Of a DNA stretch of 32,000 bases, positions 15,513 to 24,084 are shown piece by piece. The DNA lies in contig NC_014034.1 in NCBI RefSeq assembly GCF_000021865.1, forward strand, positions 690,001 to 722,000. Reading direction: 5' to 3'. The stretch is from Rhodobacter capsulatus SB 1003. GTDB taxonomy: Bacteria > Pseudomonadota > Alphaproteobacteria > Rhodobacterales > Rhodobacteraceae. The notes under the pieces are model-generated. The model searched no databases. It was not told where the DNA came from and saw only the letters and a program-made list of their open reading frames with translations. Positions within the stretch are counted from its first letter, which is position 1. Every line of letters starts with the position of its first letter. Both the position numbers and the translations under genes were made by a program.

Positions 15513-17906
15513 ATGTCGGAAACAACTCTTCCCCGGATCTCCTTTCCCCGAAATTCCCTGCGTCGCGTGATGGTGATGACGCTGGGCATGCCGGCATTTC
15601 TGGCGCTGCTGTTCGGGGTGTTCCTGATCGTCGAGCGCTGGACCGCGCTTGGCGATGCCCGGCAGGTGCAGCGGTTGATGGCCCTGGCCGAGGCGGCCGC
15701 GGCGGTGGCGCATGACCAGCAGCTCGAACGCGGCATGACCAGCCTGTTCCTGAACGGCAAGGATGCGGCGGCGCCCGACAAGCTGACCGCGCAATGGGCG
15801 CAGACCGATGCTGCGCGGGCGGCGCTGATCACCCGGGCAGAGACGATCGGACTGGACGGGCTGCCGCCGCAGGTGGCGGCGCTGGTCGCGGAGTTGCAGG
15901 GCGATTTCGACAAGAGCGCCGATCTGCGCAGCGCGGTCGATGCCCGCGCCATCCCCGCGCCCGAGGCGATCGACTATTACACCGAAATGAATGACGACGT
16001 GCTGCAGCTGGTCGAGGTGGTGGCCAGCGCCAGCGCCGATGCCGAGGTCAATGCCCGGATCACTTCCTATGCCGCCTTCATGACGGCGAAGGAACGCGCC
16101 GGGCTGGAACGCGCGCTGGGGGCGGGGGCGTTCCGCAAGGGGACCTTCGACACGGCGGTGCTGCTGAAGATGCGCGCGATGGTGGCGCAGCAGGACCAGG
16201 CTTTGCAGTTCTTCGCCGCTTTCGCCACCGAGGAAGACCGGGCGACGGTGACGCGGCTGCAGGATCTGCCCGCCGCGGCCGAGCTGGCGCGGATGCGCGA
16301 GATCGCATTTCGCTTCCCCGAAACGCAGGATCTTGGCGGGGTGACCGGAGAGGCGTTTTTCGCCACGACGACGGCGCGGATCGAGGCGATGAAACAGCTT
16401 GAAACCGAGATCGGCGCCCATATCGCGGCGGCGGCGGCGGAACGGGCCCGGATGGCGCTGATCGGCTTTCTCGGGTATGGCGCGATCATCGCCGGGGCGC
16501 TGCTGGTGTCGATGCTGACCGGGACGTGGTCGGTGCTGCGCACCGAATCCGACGTCGGCGCGCTGGTGCGGGCCGCCGATGCGATGGCGGGGGGGCAGCT
16601 GGACGTGGTCCTGCCGGAACCGCGCCTGCGCGAGACGGCGCGGATGGGCAGCGCGCTTGACAGTTTCCGGGTCAGCATCCTTGACGGTCAGGAGATCGCC
16701 CGCAGGGCCGAGGAAGAGCGCGAGGCGCATCGTCAGTCCGAGGCGCAGCGCGAGGCGGCGGCGCGGGCGGGCAAGGAGGCGCGGCTGGCGCGCGAGGCCG
16801 AGGCGGCGCGGCTTGAAGCCGAGCGCGACCGTCAGATCGCCGCCGAGATCTCGGCGGTGGTGACCGCCTGTGCCGAGGGCGATTTCTCGCGCCGGATCCC
16901 GCTGGACGACAAGGAGGGGATCCTTGCCCAGATCTGCGCCGGGCTGAACCGGATCGGCGAGATCACCGATGCCGGGATCGCCGAGGTCAACACCGCGCTG
17001 CGTCATCTGGCCGAGGGCGATCTGACCTATCGGATCCGCGACGGCTTCGTCGGCGTCTTTGCCGAGATGGCGCGTTCGGTGCGGGCGGCGAATGACAGCA
17101 TCGCCCGGACCGTGCTGACGATCGAGGCGGCCTCGGTGACGATCGACGGATCGAGCAGCGAGATCAGCACCGCGGCCAATGATCTGGCGCGGCGCAGCGA
17201 GCAGAATGCGGCGATGCTGGAGCAGACCGCCTCGGCGCTGGAGGAAATGTCGGGGTCGATCGGCTCGATGGCGGGGATCGCCAATGACGCCAAGGACCGC
17301 ATGCGCGAGATTTCGCGCCGGGCCGAGACCGGCAATGGCATCGCCACCCAGGCGATGGAGGCGATGGACAGCATCCGCCAGTCTTCCGAACGCATCGCGG
17401 GGGTGTTGCAGGTGATCGACGACATCGCCTTTCAGACCAATCTTCTGGCGCTGAATGCCGGGGTCGAGGCGGCACGGGCGGGCGAAAGCGGACGCGGTTT
17501 CGCCGTCGTCGCCTCCGAGGTGCGGGCGTTGGCGCAGCGGTCCTCCGATGCCTCGCGCGAGATCGCGCAGATCATCGGCACGGCGACGCAGGATGTCGGC
17601 CGCGGCGTCGAGATGGTCGATCAGACCGCGGGGGCGCTGGGGCAGATCGTCGGCACGATCCGCGAGGCGCTGGACCGGATCGAGCACATCGCCGGCGCCG
17701 TGGGCGAGACCGAGGTCGGCATCGCCGAGATTTCCAAGGCGACGACGGAACTGGACCGGGTGACGCAGCAGAATGCCGCGATGTTCGAGCAAACCAATGC
17801 CGCGCTGGGCGCCTTGCGGATCGAGGCCGATGCGCTGGTGGCCAATGTGGCGCAGTTCCGCACCGACAAGGACGAGCTTTCGGCGCCGCGCGGCCGCGCC
17901 GCCTGA
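15513..17906 (+). CDS. Methyl-accepting chemotaxis protein with NIT-like (nitrate/nitrite-type) sensor domain and HAMP domains
   Basis: The ATG at 15513 lies within the tracked ORF, which opens at a TTG at 15489. There is a TM segment MTLGMPAFLALLFGVFLIV. The sensor contains HDQQLERGMTSLFLNG, typical of NIT domains, and is followed by a second TM and HAMP regions. The conserved MCP hairpin is IAFQTNLLALNAGVEAARAGESGRGFAVVASEVRALAQRS. There is no C-terminal NWETF-type pentapeptide. Confidence 0.85.
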   Translation: MSETTLPRISFPRNSLRRVMVMTLGMPAFLALLFGVFLIVERWTALGDARQVQRLMALAEAAAAVAHDQQLERGMTSLFLNGKDAAAPDKLTAQWAQTDAARAALITRAETIGLDGLPPQVAALVAELQGDFDKSADLRSAVDARAIPAPEAIDYYTEMNDDVLQLVEVVASASADAEVNARITSYAAFMTAKERAGLERALGAGAFRKGTFDTAVLLKMRAMVAQQDQALQFFAAFATEEDRATVTRLQDLPAAAELARMREIAFRFPETQDLGGVTGEAFFATTTARIEAMKQLETEIGAHIAAAAAERARMALIGFLGYGAIIAGALLVSMLTGTWSVLRTESDVGALVRAADAMAGGQLDVVLPEPRLRETARMGSALDSFRVSILDGQEIARRAEEEREAHRQSEAQREAAARAGKEARLAREAEAARLEAERDRQIAAEISAVVTACAEGDFSRRIPLDDKEGILAQICAGLNRIGEITDAGIAEVNTALRHLAEGDLTYRIRDGFVGVFAEMARSVRAANDSIARTVLTIEAASVTIDGSSSEISTAANDLARRSEQNAAMLEQTASALEEMSGSIGSMAGIANDAKDRMREISRRAETGNGIATQAMEAMDSIRQSSERIAGVLQVIDDIAFQTNLLALNAGVEAARAGESGRGFAVVASEVRALAQRSSDASREIAQIIGTATQDVGRGVEMVDQTAGALGQIVGTIREALDRIEHIAGAVGETEVGIAEISKATTELDRVTQQNAAMFEQTNAALGALRIEADALVANVAQFRTDKDELSAPRGRAA

Positions 17907-17924
17907 CGCCCCGCCGCGTCGCCG

Positions 17925-20900
17925 TTACACCAGACCGCCAAGGGCGGGGGCGCGTTGCCGGTCCAGATAGTCGCGAAAGGCCGCTTCCTCGAGCGGCGGC
18001 GCGAAGAGATAGCCCTGCAGGATGTCGCAGCCCATCTGCCGCAGCGTCTCGGCCTGGGCCATGGTCTCCACCCCCTCGGCGATGGTGGCCACGCCAAGCG
18101 TGCGGGCGATCTGCACGATCTGCCGCACTAGATCGGCCTCGTGCGTGTCGCGGCGCAGCGCCGCCACGATGCGCCGGTCGATCTTCAGCGCCGCGGGCCG
18201 GATCTCCATCAGCCCGAGGATCGAGGTCTGCCCCGAGCCGAAATCGTCGATCTCGATGTCGATCCCCTCGGCGCGCAGCCGCGCCAGGGTTTCGCGCAGG
18301 TCGCAGCCCTCCTCCTGCCAGTCGCCGGTCTCGCGCAGCTCCAGCGCCACCCGGGTCCGGCCGCGCCCGACCCGCCGCACCGCCGCGGGCAGCGCCGGAT
18401 CGTGCAGACGCCCGGTGCAGACGTTGAAGCTGATCCGTGGCAAGATGATCCCCGTCGTCTCGAGCCGCTCCAGCACCGCGGCGGTCTTTTCCATCATCAC
18501 CCGGTCGATCTCGGGGACGATCCGCAGATCGCGCGCCACCCGCAAGAATGCATCGGGCGTCAGCAGGCCGCGTTCGGGATTGCGCCAGCGTACCAGAACC
18601 TCGACCCCGGCCAGCCGCAGATCCTGCGCCCGGACCTGCGGCTGGAACCAGGGTTCGAATTCGTCCCGCTCGAAGGCGGCGCTGAACTGCGCCGCCATCA
18701 TCCGGTCGAGATGCATCTGCTCGGCCATCGCATGGTCGAAGATCTCGACCCGGTTGCGCCCCGTCGCCTTCGCCCGATAGAGCGCGGCATCGGCGTAAAG
18801 CTGCAATTCCTCGGCCAGATCGGTGATGTTCTTCGCAATCACCACGCCAAAGGAGGCGCTGATCCGGCAGGGATGGCCGCGGTAGCGCAGCGGCTCGTCC
18901 AGCCCCTTGCGCAGCCGCTCGAGCACCTTGCGCGCCCGGACCTCGGTGCTGCCGGGCGCGAGCAGCAGGCAGAATTCGTCGCCGCCAAGCCGGGCGGCGA
19001 AATCATCCGCCTGCAGGCTGCTGCGCATCAGATCGGCGACCCGCATCAGCACCCGGTCGCCCGCCTCGTGGCCCAGCGTGTCGTTGATCTGCTTGAAATG
19101 ATCGAGATCGATCTGGATCAGCACGCAATCGCGCGGCCCGCCCAGCTCTGCCGCGCGCAGGCGGGTCTCGATGTGGCGGTCGAAATAGCGCCGGTTCGGC
19201 AGCCGCGTCAGCCCGTCATGCAGCGCCAGATGCTCGTTTTCGCCGCGCATCCGCTCGGCCAGCGCATAGGCGCGTTCCAGCTCGGCCTCGCGCAGGACAT
19301 CGGGCGTGGCGTCGTAAAGCGCGCCGGTCCAGACCACCGTGCCGTCGGGCTTCGCCTCGGGCAGCGAGGCCGCCATCAGCCAGATCTGCCCGCGTTCGGG
19401 ATGGATGTAGCGAAACCGCATCCGCCAGGGCGTCAGGCTTGCCGCGCTCTGCCGCGTCATCTCTTCCATCGCCACGCGATCCTCGGGCAGGACCCGGTCC
19501 AGCAGGCCGCCGCCAAGCCGGTCGATCGCGGCGCGATCAAGGCCCACAAGCTCGCTGAACCGGCCGCTCGTATAGGGAAAATCGGCGCTGCCGCCGCGGC
19601 TGCGGCGATATTCGAACAGCCCCACCGGCACGATGTCGAGGATCGAGGCGATGCGCGCATGCGCCAGCCGGATCTCCTCGGCGGCGGCGGTGGCCCGGGC
19701 CTCCATCTCCAGCCGGTCGGTGATGTCAAGCGCCTTGCCGAACCAGCGCACCCGCCCGTCGGCCTGCACCGAGGGCGAGGCCCAGAGATTGACCCAGCGC
19801 GTGCTGCCGTCGGGCAAAAGCACCCGATGCCGCGCCTCGACCTGCGACAGCGTCTCGCGCGAGCGTTCGAAGGCGGCATAGACCGCCGCGAATTCCGCGG
19901 GCGGGATGTTGCGAAACACCGCCGGGCCGCCCGCCAGCATGTCGGCCGCGGTGACGCCCAGAAGCTCGACGAATTTGTGGGTGAAATAGGGGAAGGACAC
20001 GATGTCGCCGCTGCGCTGCATCTCGAACAGCGCCCCGGGGACGTTCTGCGCGATCGTGTCCAGCCGTTCATGCGCCAGCCGCAGCTCTTCGAGCGTTTCG
20101 GCCAGCCGCGCCTGCATCGCGCTTTGCTCGGTCACGTCCAGCACCGAGCCGTACCAGATCACCGAGCCGTCGGGCTGGCGCACTGGCATCGAGGACAGCT
20201 GCATCCGGCGCAGGCCCTTTTGCGGATGCAGGAGCCGGTAGAGGATGACGAGCGGCGTCAGGCTGTCGCGCGAGGTCCGGATCGCCTCGGTCAGTTGCGG
20301 GGCATCCTCGGGGTGGATGTTGGCGGCGGCGGCGGCGCCATCGGCCTCGATCGCGGCCCGGGGCACGCCCAGCAGATCGGGCAGACGGGCGCTGAAATAG
20401 GGCAGGTCGATCCGGCCCGAGGGAAATTCGCGGTGTTCGAACAGCGCCCCCGGGGCCTTGTCGGCAAGCGTGTTCAGCCGGTCGCGTGCGATCCGCGCCG
20501 CCTCGGCCGCCTCTGCCAGCCGTTTTTCCGCTTCCTTGCGCGCGGTGATGTCCTGGAACGCGCCGCAGATGCGGACCGGCTGGCCGTCTTCGAACTGCGC
20601 CTCGCCCAGCGACAGCACCCAGATCCGGGTGCCGTCGGCGCGGATCAGCGGCAGCTCGAACTGCCAGGAGGTGCCGTCGCGCATCGCCGCCGCGACCGCC
20701 TCGGTGACCACCGGGCGGGCCTCGGGGGCGTAGAAGTCGATCGCGCTTTCCAGCGGCGGCACCGTGCCCGGCGGCATGCCATGGATCCGGCAGGTCTCGT
20801 CGGACCAGTAGATTTCCTCGCTGCGCACGTCGAGTTCCCAGCAGCCGAAGCCCGCCAGCGCCCCGGCCTTTTCCAAAAGCCCCTGCACCCGGCGCAACTG

Positions 20901-21662
20901 CCCCTCGCGTGCCCTTGTCGCGTCGATGTTGCGGCGCACGCCGTAGATCCATTCCGGCCGTCCCTGCGCGTCGCTGATCTGCAGCCGTCCGACATCGCGC
21001 ACCCAGATCCAGCGGCCATCGCGATGGCGCATCCGGGTTTCGACCTCATACCAGGGGCTTTCGCCGGCGAGATGACGTTGCAACTCGTGCTGGGCCCGCT
21101 GCAGATCGTCGGGATGACACAGCCGCCGCCAGGTGTCGATGCTGGGAAGGGCGAGCTCCCCCGGCCGATAGCCAAGCATCAAGCCCCAATGGTCGTTGCA
21201 GCGCAGGGCGCCGGTCTGCAGGTTCCAGGCCCAGGTGCCAAGCTCCCTGTGGTCGACATAGCGGGCGATCTCGTCGCGTTCGGCCCGGCAGCGGGCCAGT
21301 TCCTCGGCGCAGGCCGCTTCGGTGACGACGGCGCGGCCGGGCTGTGCCGGGCGCGGGCGCAACAGGGTGACATGGCAGGGCAGGACCGGCGCCCCCGCGC
21401 GCGCAACCCCGAGACGCAGCGTCGCCGCCGTCTCCTCCGAGGCGAGCCAATCCGCCATCCGTTTCCGGTCGGGGGGCGCGAAAAGATCCGTCAGCGCCGT
21501 TCCGGCCTTTGGCGCGGCGATCCCGAACAGCCGGGCGGGATCGAGGACGGCGGTGATCCGGCCGGTGGCGTCGAAATCGATCAGGACCGGCGGCGGCGGG
21601 TCGTCGCAGGTCTCTGGTGCGGCTTCTCCTGCGGCACTTCCGAAATCCGGTGCAGTGAGCAT
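17925..21662 (-). CDS. Multi-PAS/PAC-GGDEF-EAL c-di-GMP turnover protein
   Basis: 1245-aa ORF with several PAS/PAC-like repeats (recurring W..S..P....G and DIT.R blocks). The GGDEF motif is RLGGDEFCLLL. The EAL domain has the signature VEVLVRW (EVL variant), plus IDDFGSGQTSI and AEGVET...LQGYLF. Confidence 0.85.
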   Translation of the reverse strand: MLTAPDFGSAAGEAAPETCDDPPPPVLIDFDATGRITAVLDPARLFGIAAPKAGTALTDLFAPPDRKRMADWLASEETAATLRLGVARAGAPVLPCHVTLLRPRPAQPGRAVVTEAACAEELARCRAERDEIARYVDHRELGTWAWNLQTGALRCNDHWGLMLGYRPGELALPSIDTWRRLCHPDDLQRAQHELQRHLAGESPWYEVETRMRHRDGRWIWVRDVGRLQISDAQGRPEWIYGVRRNIDATRAREGQLRRVQGLLEKAGALAGFGCWELDVRSEEIYWSDETCRIHGMPPGTVPPLESAIDFYAPEARPVVTEAVAAAMRDGTSWQFELPLIRADGTRIWVLSLGEAQFEDGQPVRICGAFQDITARKEAEKRLAEAAEAARIARDRLNTLADKAPGALFEHREFPSGRIDLPYFSARLPDLLGVPRAAIEADGAAAAANIHPEDAPQLTEAIRTSRDSLTPLVILYRLLHPQKGLRRMQLSSMPVRQPDGSVIWYGSVLDVTEQSAMQARLAETLEELRLAHERLDTIAQNVPGALFEMQRSGDIVSFPYFTHKFVELLGVTAADMLAGGPAVFRNIPPAEFAAVYAAFERSRETLSQVEARHRVLLPDGSTRWVNLWASPSVQADGRVRWFGKALDITDRLEMEARATAAAEEIRLAHARIASILDIVPVGLFEYRRSRGGSADFPYTSGRFSELVGLDRAAIDRLGGGLLDRVLPEDRVAMEEMTRQSAASLTPWRMRFRYIHPERGQIWLMAASLPEAKPDGTVVWTGALYDATPDVLREAELERAYALAERMRGENEHLALHDGLTRLPNRRYFDRHIETRLRAAELGGPRDCVLIQIDLDHFKQINDTLGHEAGDRVLMRVADLMRSSLQADDFAARLGGDEFCLLLAPGSTEVRARKVLERLRKGLDEPLRYRGHPCRISASFGVVIAKNITDLAEELQLYADAALYRAKATGRNRVEIFDHAMAEQMHLDRMMAAQFSAAFERDEFEPWFQPQVRAQDLRLAGVEVLVRWRNPERGLLTPDAFLRVARDLRIVPEIDRVMMEKTAAVLERLETTGIILPRISFNVCTGRLHDPALPAAVRRVGRGRTRVALELRETGDWQEEGCDLRETLARLRAEGIDIEIDDFGSGQTSILGLMEIRPAALKIDRRIVAALRRDTHEADLVRQIVQIARTLGVATIAEGVETMAQAETLRQMGCDILQGYLFAPPLEEAAFRDYLDRQRAPALGGLV

Positions 21663-21731
21663 TGATGACCCCCAGTGCCCTGCCGGCCGAGGCAGGACCT
21701 TCCCTCCCGCAGAAAAGGGACCATAATTTGG

Positions 21732-21757
21732 TTAATGAAAAATTAACGATTTATTAA
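21732..21757. promoter_or_regulatory. Three phased TTAA half-sites forming two overlapping CtrA-type boxes (TTAA-N7-TTAAC)
   Basis: The sequence gTTAATGAAAAATTAACGATTTATTAACg has TTAA at 21732, 21743 and 21754, each separated by exactly 7 nt. It lies in a conspicuously AT-rich island about 70-95 bp upstream of the ATG (21662) of the 1245-aa GGDEF-EAL gene. Confidence 0.5.
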
Positions 21758-21820
21758 CGCTGCAGGGCGGCAGGGTCTGGGGCGGGGGCTCGCCGCGGCG
21801 GTCCGGCCGTGTCCCGGCTC

Positions 21821-21849
21821 TTGCAAGCCGCGATTGCGGGTTGTAAGAG
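21821..21849 (+). promoter_or_regulatory. Sigma70-like promoter for tRNA-Gly
   Basis: TTGCAA (21821-21826), a 17-nt spacer, then TAAGAG (21844-21849), ending 9 nt before the tRNA 5' end. Confidence 0.4.
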
Positions 21850-21858
21850 GCGACAAGC

Positions 21859-21932
21859 GCGGGTGTTGTGTAATGGTAAGACCCTAGCCTTCCAAGCTAG
21901 AGACACGGGTTCGATTCCCGTCACCCGCTCCA
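21859..21932 (+). tRNA. tRNA-Gly (anticodon UCC)
   Basis: Manual cloverleaf folding. The acceptor stem is GCGGGTG/CACCCGC. The anticodon stem is CTAGC/GCTAG with loop CTTCCAA (anticodon TCC). The T-arm is ACGGG-TTCGATT-CCCGT. The discriminator is T and CCA is encoded. Length 74 nt. Confidence 0.9.
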
Positions 21933-22144
21933 ATCCTCCGATATCTGCAAGCCGGGCCCGCCGCCGTTCCGGATGCCTCGGGCAGAGGCCTTGTGCAGGG
22001 AAACCGGGCCCTTGCGGCCGGGCTGCACGCGCGCGACTCTTCCAATCCGACGCACGGCGGGGCCGGAGGGGGCCTGGGCGAAGGCCTGCGACGCCCCGCA
22101 GCTGCGCAGGGCAAGAGAGCGAACACAAAGCTCTGGAGGAGGAT

Positions 22145-22221
22145 TGGCGATCCCGGGAGGAGTCGAACCCCCGACCCGCTGCTTAGAAGGCAGCTGCTCT
22201 ATCCAGCTGAGCTACGGGACC
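22145..22221 (-). tRNA. tRNA-Arg (anticodon UCU)
   Basis: The reverse complement folds as follows. The acceptor stem is GGTCCCG/CGGGATC with one G.U pair. The D-arm is GCTC-AGCTGGATA-GAGC. The anticodon stem is GCTGC/GCAGC with loop CTTCTAA (anticodon TCT). The T-arm is GGGGG-TTCGACT-CCTCC. CCA is encoded. Length 77 nt. Confidence 0.9.
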
Positions 22222-22264
22222 GCATGCCCCCCTTTTGCGCCAAGCGCGAAAGGCATGCAAGCAT

Positions 22265-22723
22265 TCACAGCGCCCGCGTCATGAAGACCGAGTTCGGATC
22301 GTGCCCATAGCCCTCGAACGGGCCGCATTCGACGAAGCCTTCGGCCAGATACAGCGCCCGCGCCGGGCCGAAACTGTCCTGCGATCCGGTCTCGAGGCTG
22401 ATCCGGGCAAAGCCCAGACGCCGCGCCTCGCCCACCAGATGCACGACCAGCGCCCGCGCCAGCCCCATGCCGCGCATCTCGGACAGCACATGCATCGATT
22501 TCACCTCGGCATGATGGGCGTCGATCCGCTTCAGCGCGCCCATGCCCACCGGCCGCCCCTCGAAGCGCAGCACGTAAAACCAGATCCCCGGCGCCGCCAG
22601 CGCCGAGGCGGGCAGCATGTGGATCGATTCGGGCGGCGTGTCGGCGTGCATCGCCACCGTATGCCGTTCGTGCAACAGCGCCAGATCCGGCGCCAGCGGC
22701 GAAGAAAGGGCGATCTCGATCAT
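22265..22723 (-). CDS. GNAT-family N-acetyltransferase
   Basis: 152-aa ORF. The acetyl-CoA-binding core is VLSEMRGMGLARALVVHLVGEARRLGFARISLET (Q/RxxGxG/A-like), followed by ARALYLAEGF. The start is in an ATGA overlap (22720-22723) with the upstream gene's stop. Confidence 0.8.
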   Translation of the reverse strand: MIEIALSSPLAPDLALLHERHTVAMHADTPPESIHMLPASALAAPGIWFYVLRFEGRPVGMGALKRIDAHHAEVKSMHVLSEMRGMGLARALVVHLVGEARRLGFARISLETGSQDSFGPARALYLAEGFVECGPFEGYGHDPNSVFMTRAL

Positions 22724-24084
22724 GGCTTGCCTCCTGCTGTTTCCGTGTCGCCGCCGTTCTGGCCCGGGCGGGCGGCCAAGTCCAGCCGGGCCAGCGCCGC
22801 ATCCGCCGCGGCAAGGGTCCGGGCGCTGGCCCCCGCGTGCTCGGCCAGAAAGGCCGCGATCGCGGCGCGGTTGTCCTGCGGCGGTTCGGCCAGTGCCGCC
22901 AGCAGCGCCGCCCGGTCGGGCAGGCTTTGCGCCACGCCCGCAGCTGCCGCCTCGGCAAAGGGATATTCGATCGTGTGCACCTGCGGCCCGGTCAGCACCG
23001 GCTTGCCCAGCATCAGGGGCTCGATCACGTTATGGGCGCCCTTCGGGCTGAAGCCGCCGCCGACAATCACCCGGTCGGCCAGCGCGAGGTAAAAGAACAT
23101 CTCGCCCAGGCTGTCGCCCAGAAAGACATCGGGCGCGGTGATCGGGCCGAGGGGCGCCAGATCGGGGCCAAGCGCGGCACTGCGGCGCAGCACGTTCAGC
23201 CCCGCCGCCGCAAGCCCCGTGGCCACCGCGTCAAAGCGTTCCGGCGCGCGGGGGACATGCACGAACAGCGGCGCGGGGCGGTTTTCGGCCCGGGCCCGCG
23301 CGGTGATTTCAGCGATGACGTCGGTGAAAAGCGGCTCTTCCGCCTCGACGCAGCTGGCGAGGGTGATCACCTCGCGCCCGGCGGCAAGGGCGGGGCGCAG
23401 GCGGGCGGCGGCGGCGGGCAGGGCGGGGGGCACCGGCTGGTCAAAGCGCAATTCGCCGGTGACGGTGATCCCGGTCAGCCCCGTTGCGGCGAAACGCTCG
23501 GCCTGCAGACGCGATTTCACGAAGGCCCCGGCCAGCTGCGCAATCACCCGTTGGCGCAGCCGCAAGCCCTTGCTGTCACGGGCAAAACGGCCCTGCGTGT
23601 AGATCGCGTTCGCGGCGAAAAGCGGAACGCCCGCGGCGCGGGCGGCCAGGATCATCGCGGGCCAGATCTCGACCTCCAGCGTCAGGCCCAGCCGCGGGCG
23701 GCAGGCGCGCAGGAACCGGCGCCAGCACCAGCCCATGTCCAGCGGCACCCAGACCACCACGACCCGGCCCGCGGCGATCTCGGGGCCGAAGGCGCGGGCG
23801 GATTCGCTGCGCCCGGCCGGGGTGAAATGCGTCAGCACCACGGTTTCGCCGCGATCAAGCATCCGCCGCACCAGCGCAAGGGCCGAGCGCATCTCGCCCA
23901 AGGAGACCGCATGCACCCAAAGCGCGCCCTGCGGCAGCGCCCGGCGGTAAAAGCCGAAGCGTTCGGGCAGGGCCTGCAGATAGGCGGGGTCACGGCGGCC
24001 GCGGCGCCAGAGATACAGCAGCACAAAAGGCAGGCCGAAAAGCCAAAGCAGCCGGTAAAGCGCCATGAACAGCCGCAGGATCAT
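22720..24084 (-). CDS. 3-deoxy-D-manno-octulosonic acid (Kdo) transferase family protein, paralogue 2
   Basis: 454-aa ORF with an N-terminal membrane anchor MILRLFMALYRLLWLFGLPFVLLYLW. The family signature is LWVHAVSLGE. The C-terminal motif is VGGGFSPKGAHNVIEPLMLGKPVLTGP. The start is in an ATGA overlap (24081-24084) with paralogue 1. Confidence 0.8.
   Translation of the reverse strand: MILRLFMALYRLLWLFGLPFVLLYLWRRGRRDPAYLQALPERFGFYRRALPQGALWVHAVSLGEMRSALALVRRMLDRGETVVLTHFTPAGRSESARAFGPEIAAGRVVVVWVPLDMGWCWRRFLRACRPRLGLTLEVEIWPAMILAARAAGVPLFAANAIYTQGRFARDSKGLRLRQRVIAQLAGAFVKSRLQAERFAATGLTGITVTGELRFDQPVPPALPAAAARLRPALAAGREVITLASCVEAEEPLFTDVIAEITARARAENRPAPLFVHVPRAPERFDAVATGLAAAGLNVLRRSAALGPDLAPLGPITAPDVFLGDSLGEMFFYLALADRVIVGGGFSPKGAHNVIEPLMLGKPVLTGPQVHTIEYPFAEAAAAGVAQSLPDRAALLAALAEPPQDNRAAIAAFLAEHAGASARTLAAADAALARLDLAARPGQNGGDTETAGGKP

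Noticed and set aside
21859-22221. Convergent tRNA-Gly/tRNA-Arg pair with a 212-bp spacer, considered as a possible genomic-island integration site (att)
   Set aside because: No integrase, excisionase or IS gene is present in the window. I could not find a direct-repeat copy of either tRNA 3' end elsewhere in the window. The flanking genes are equally GC-rich on both sides.
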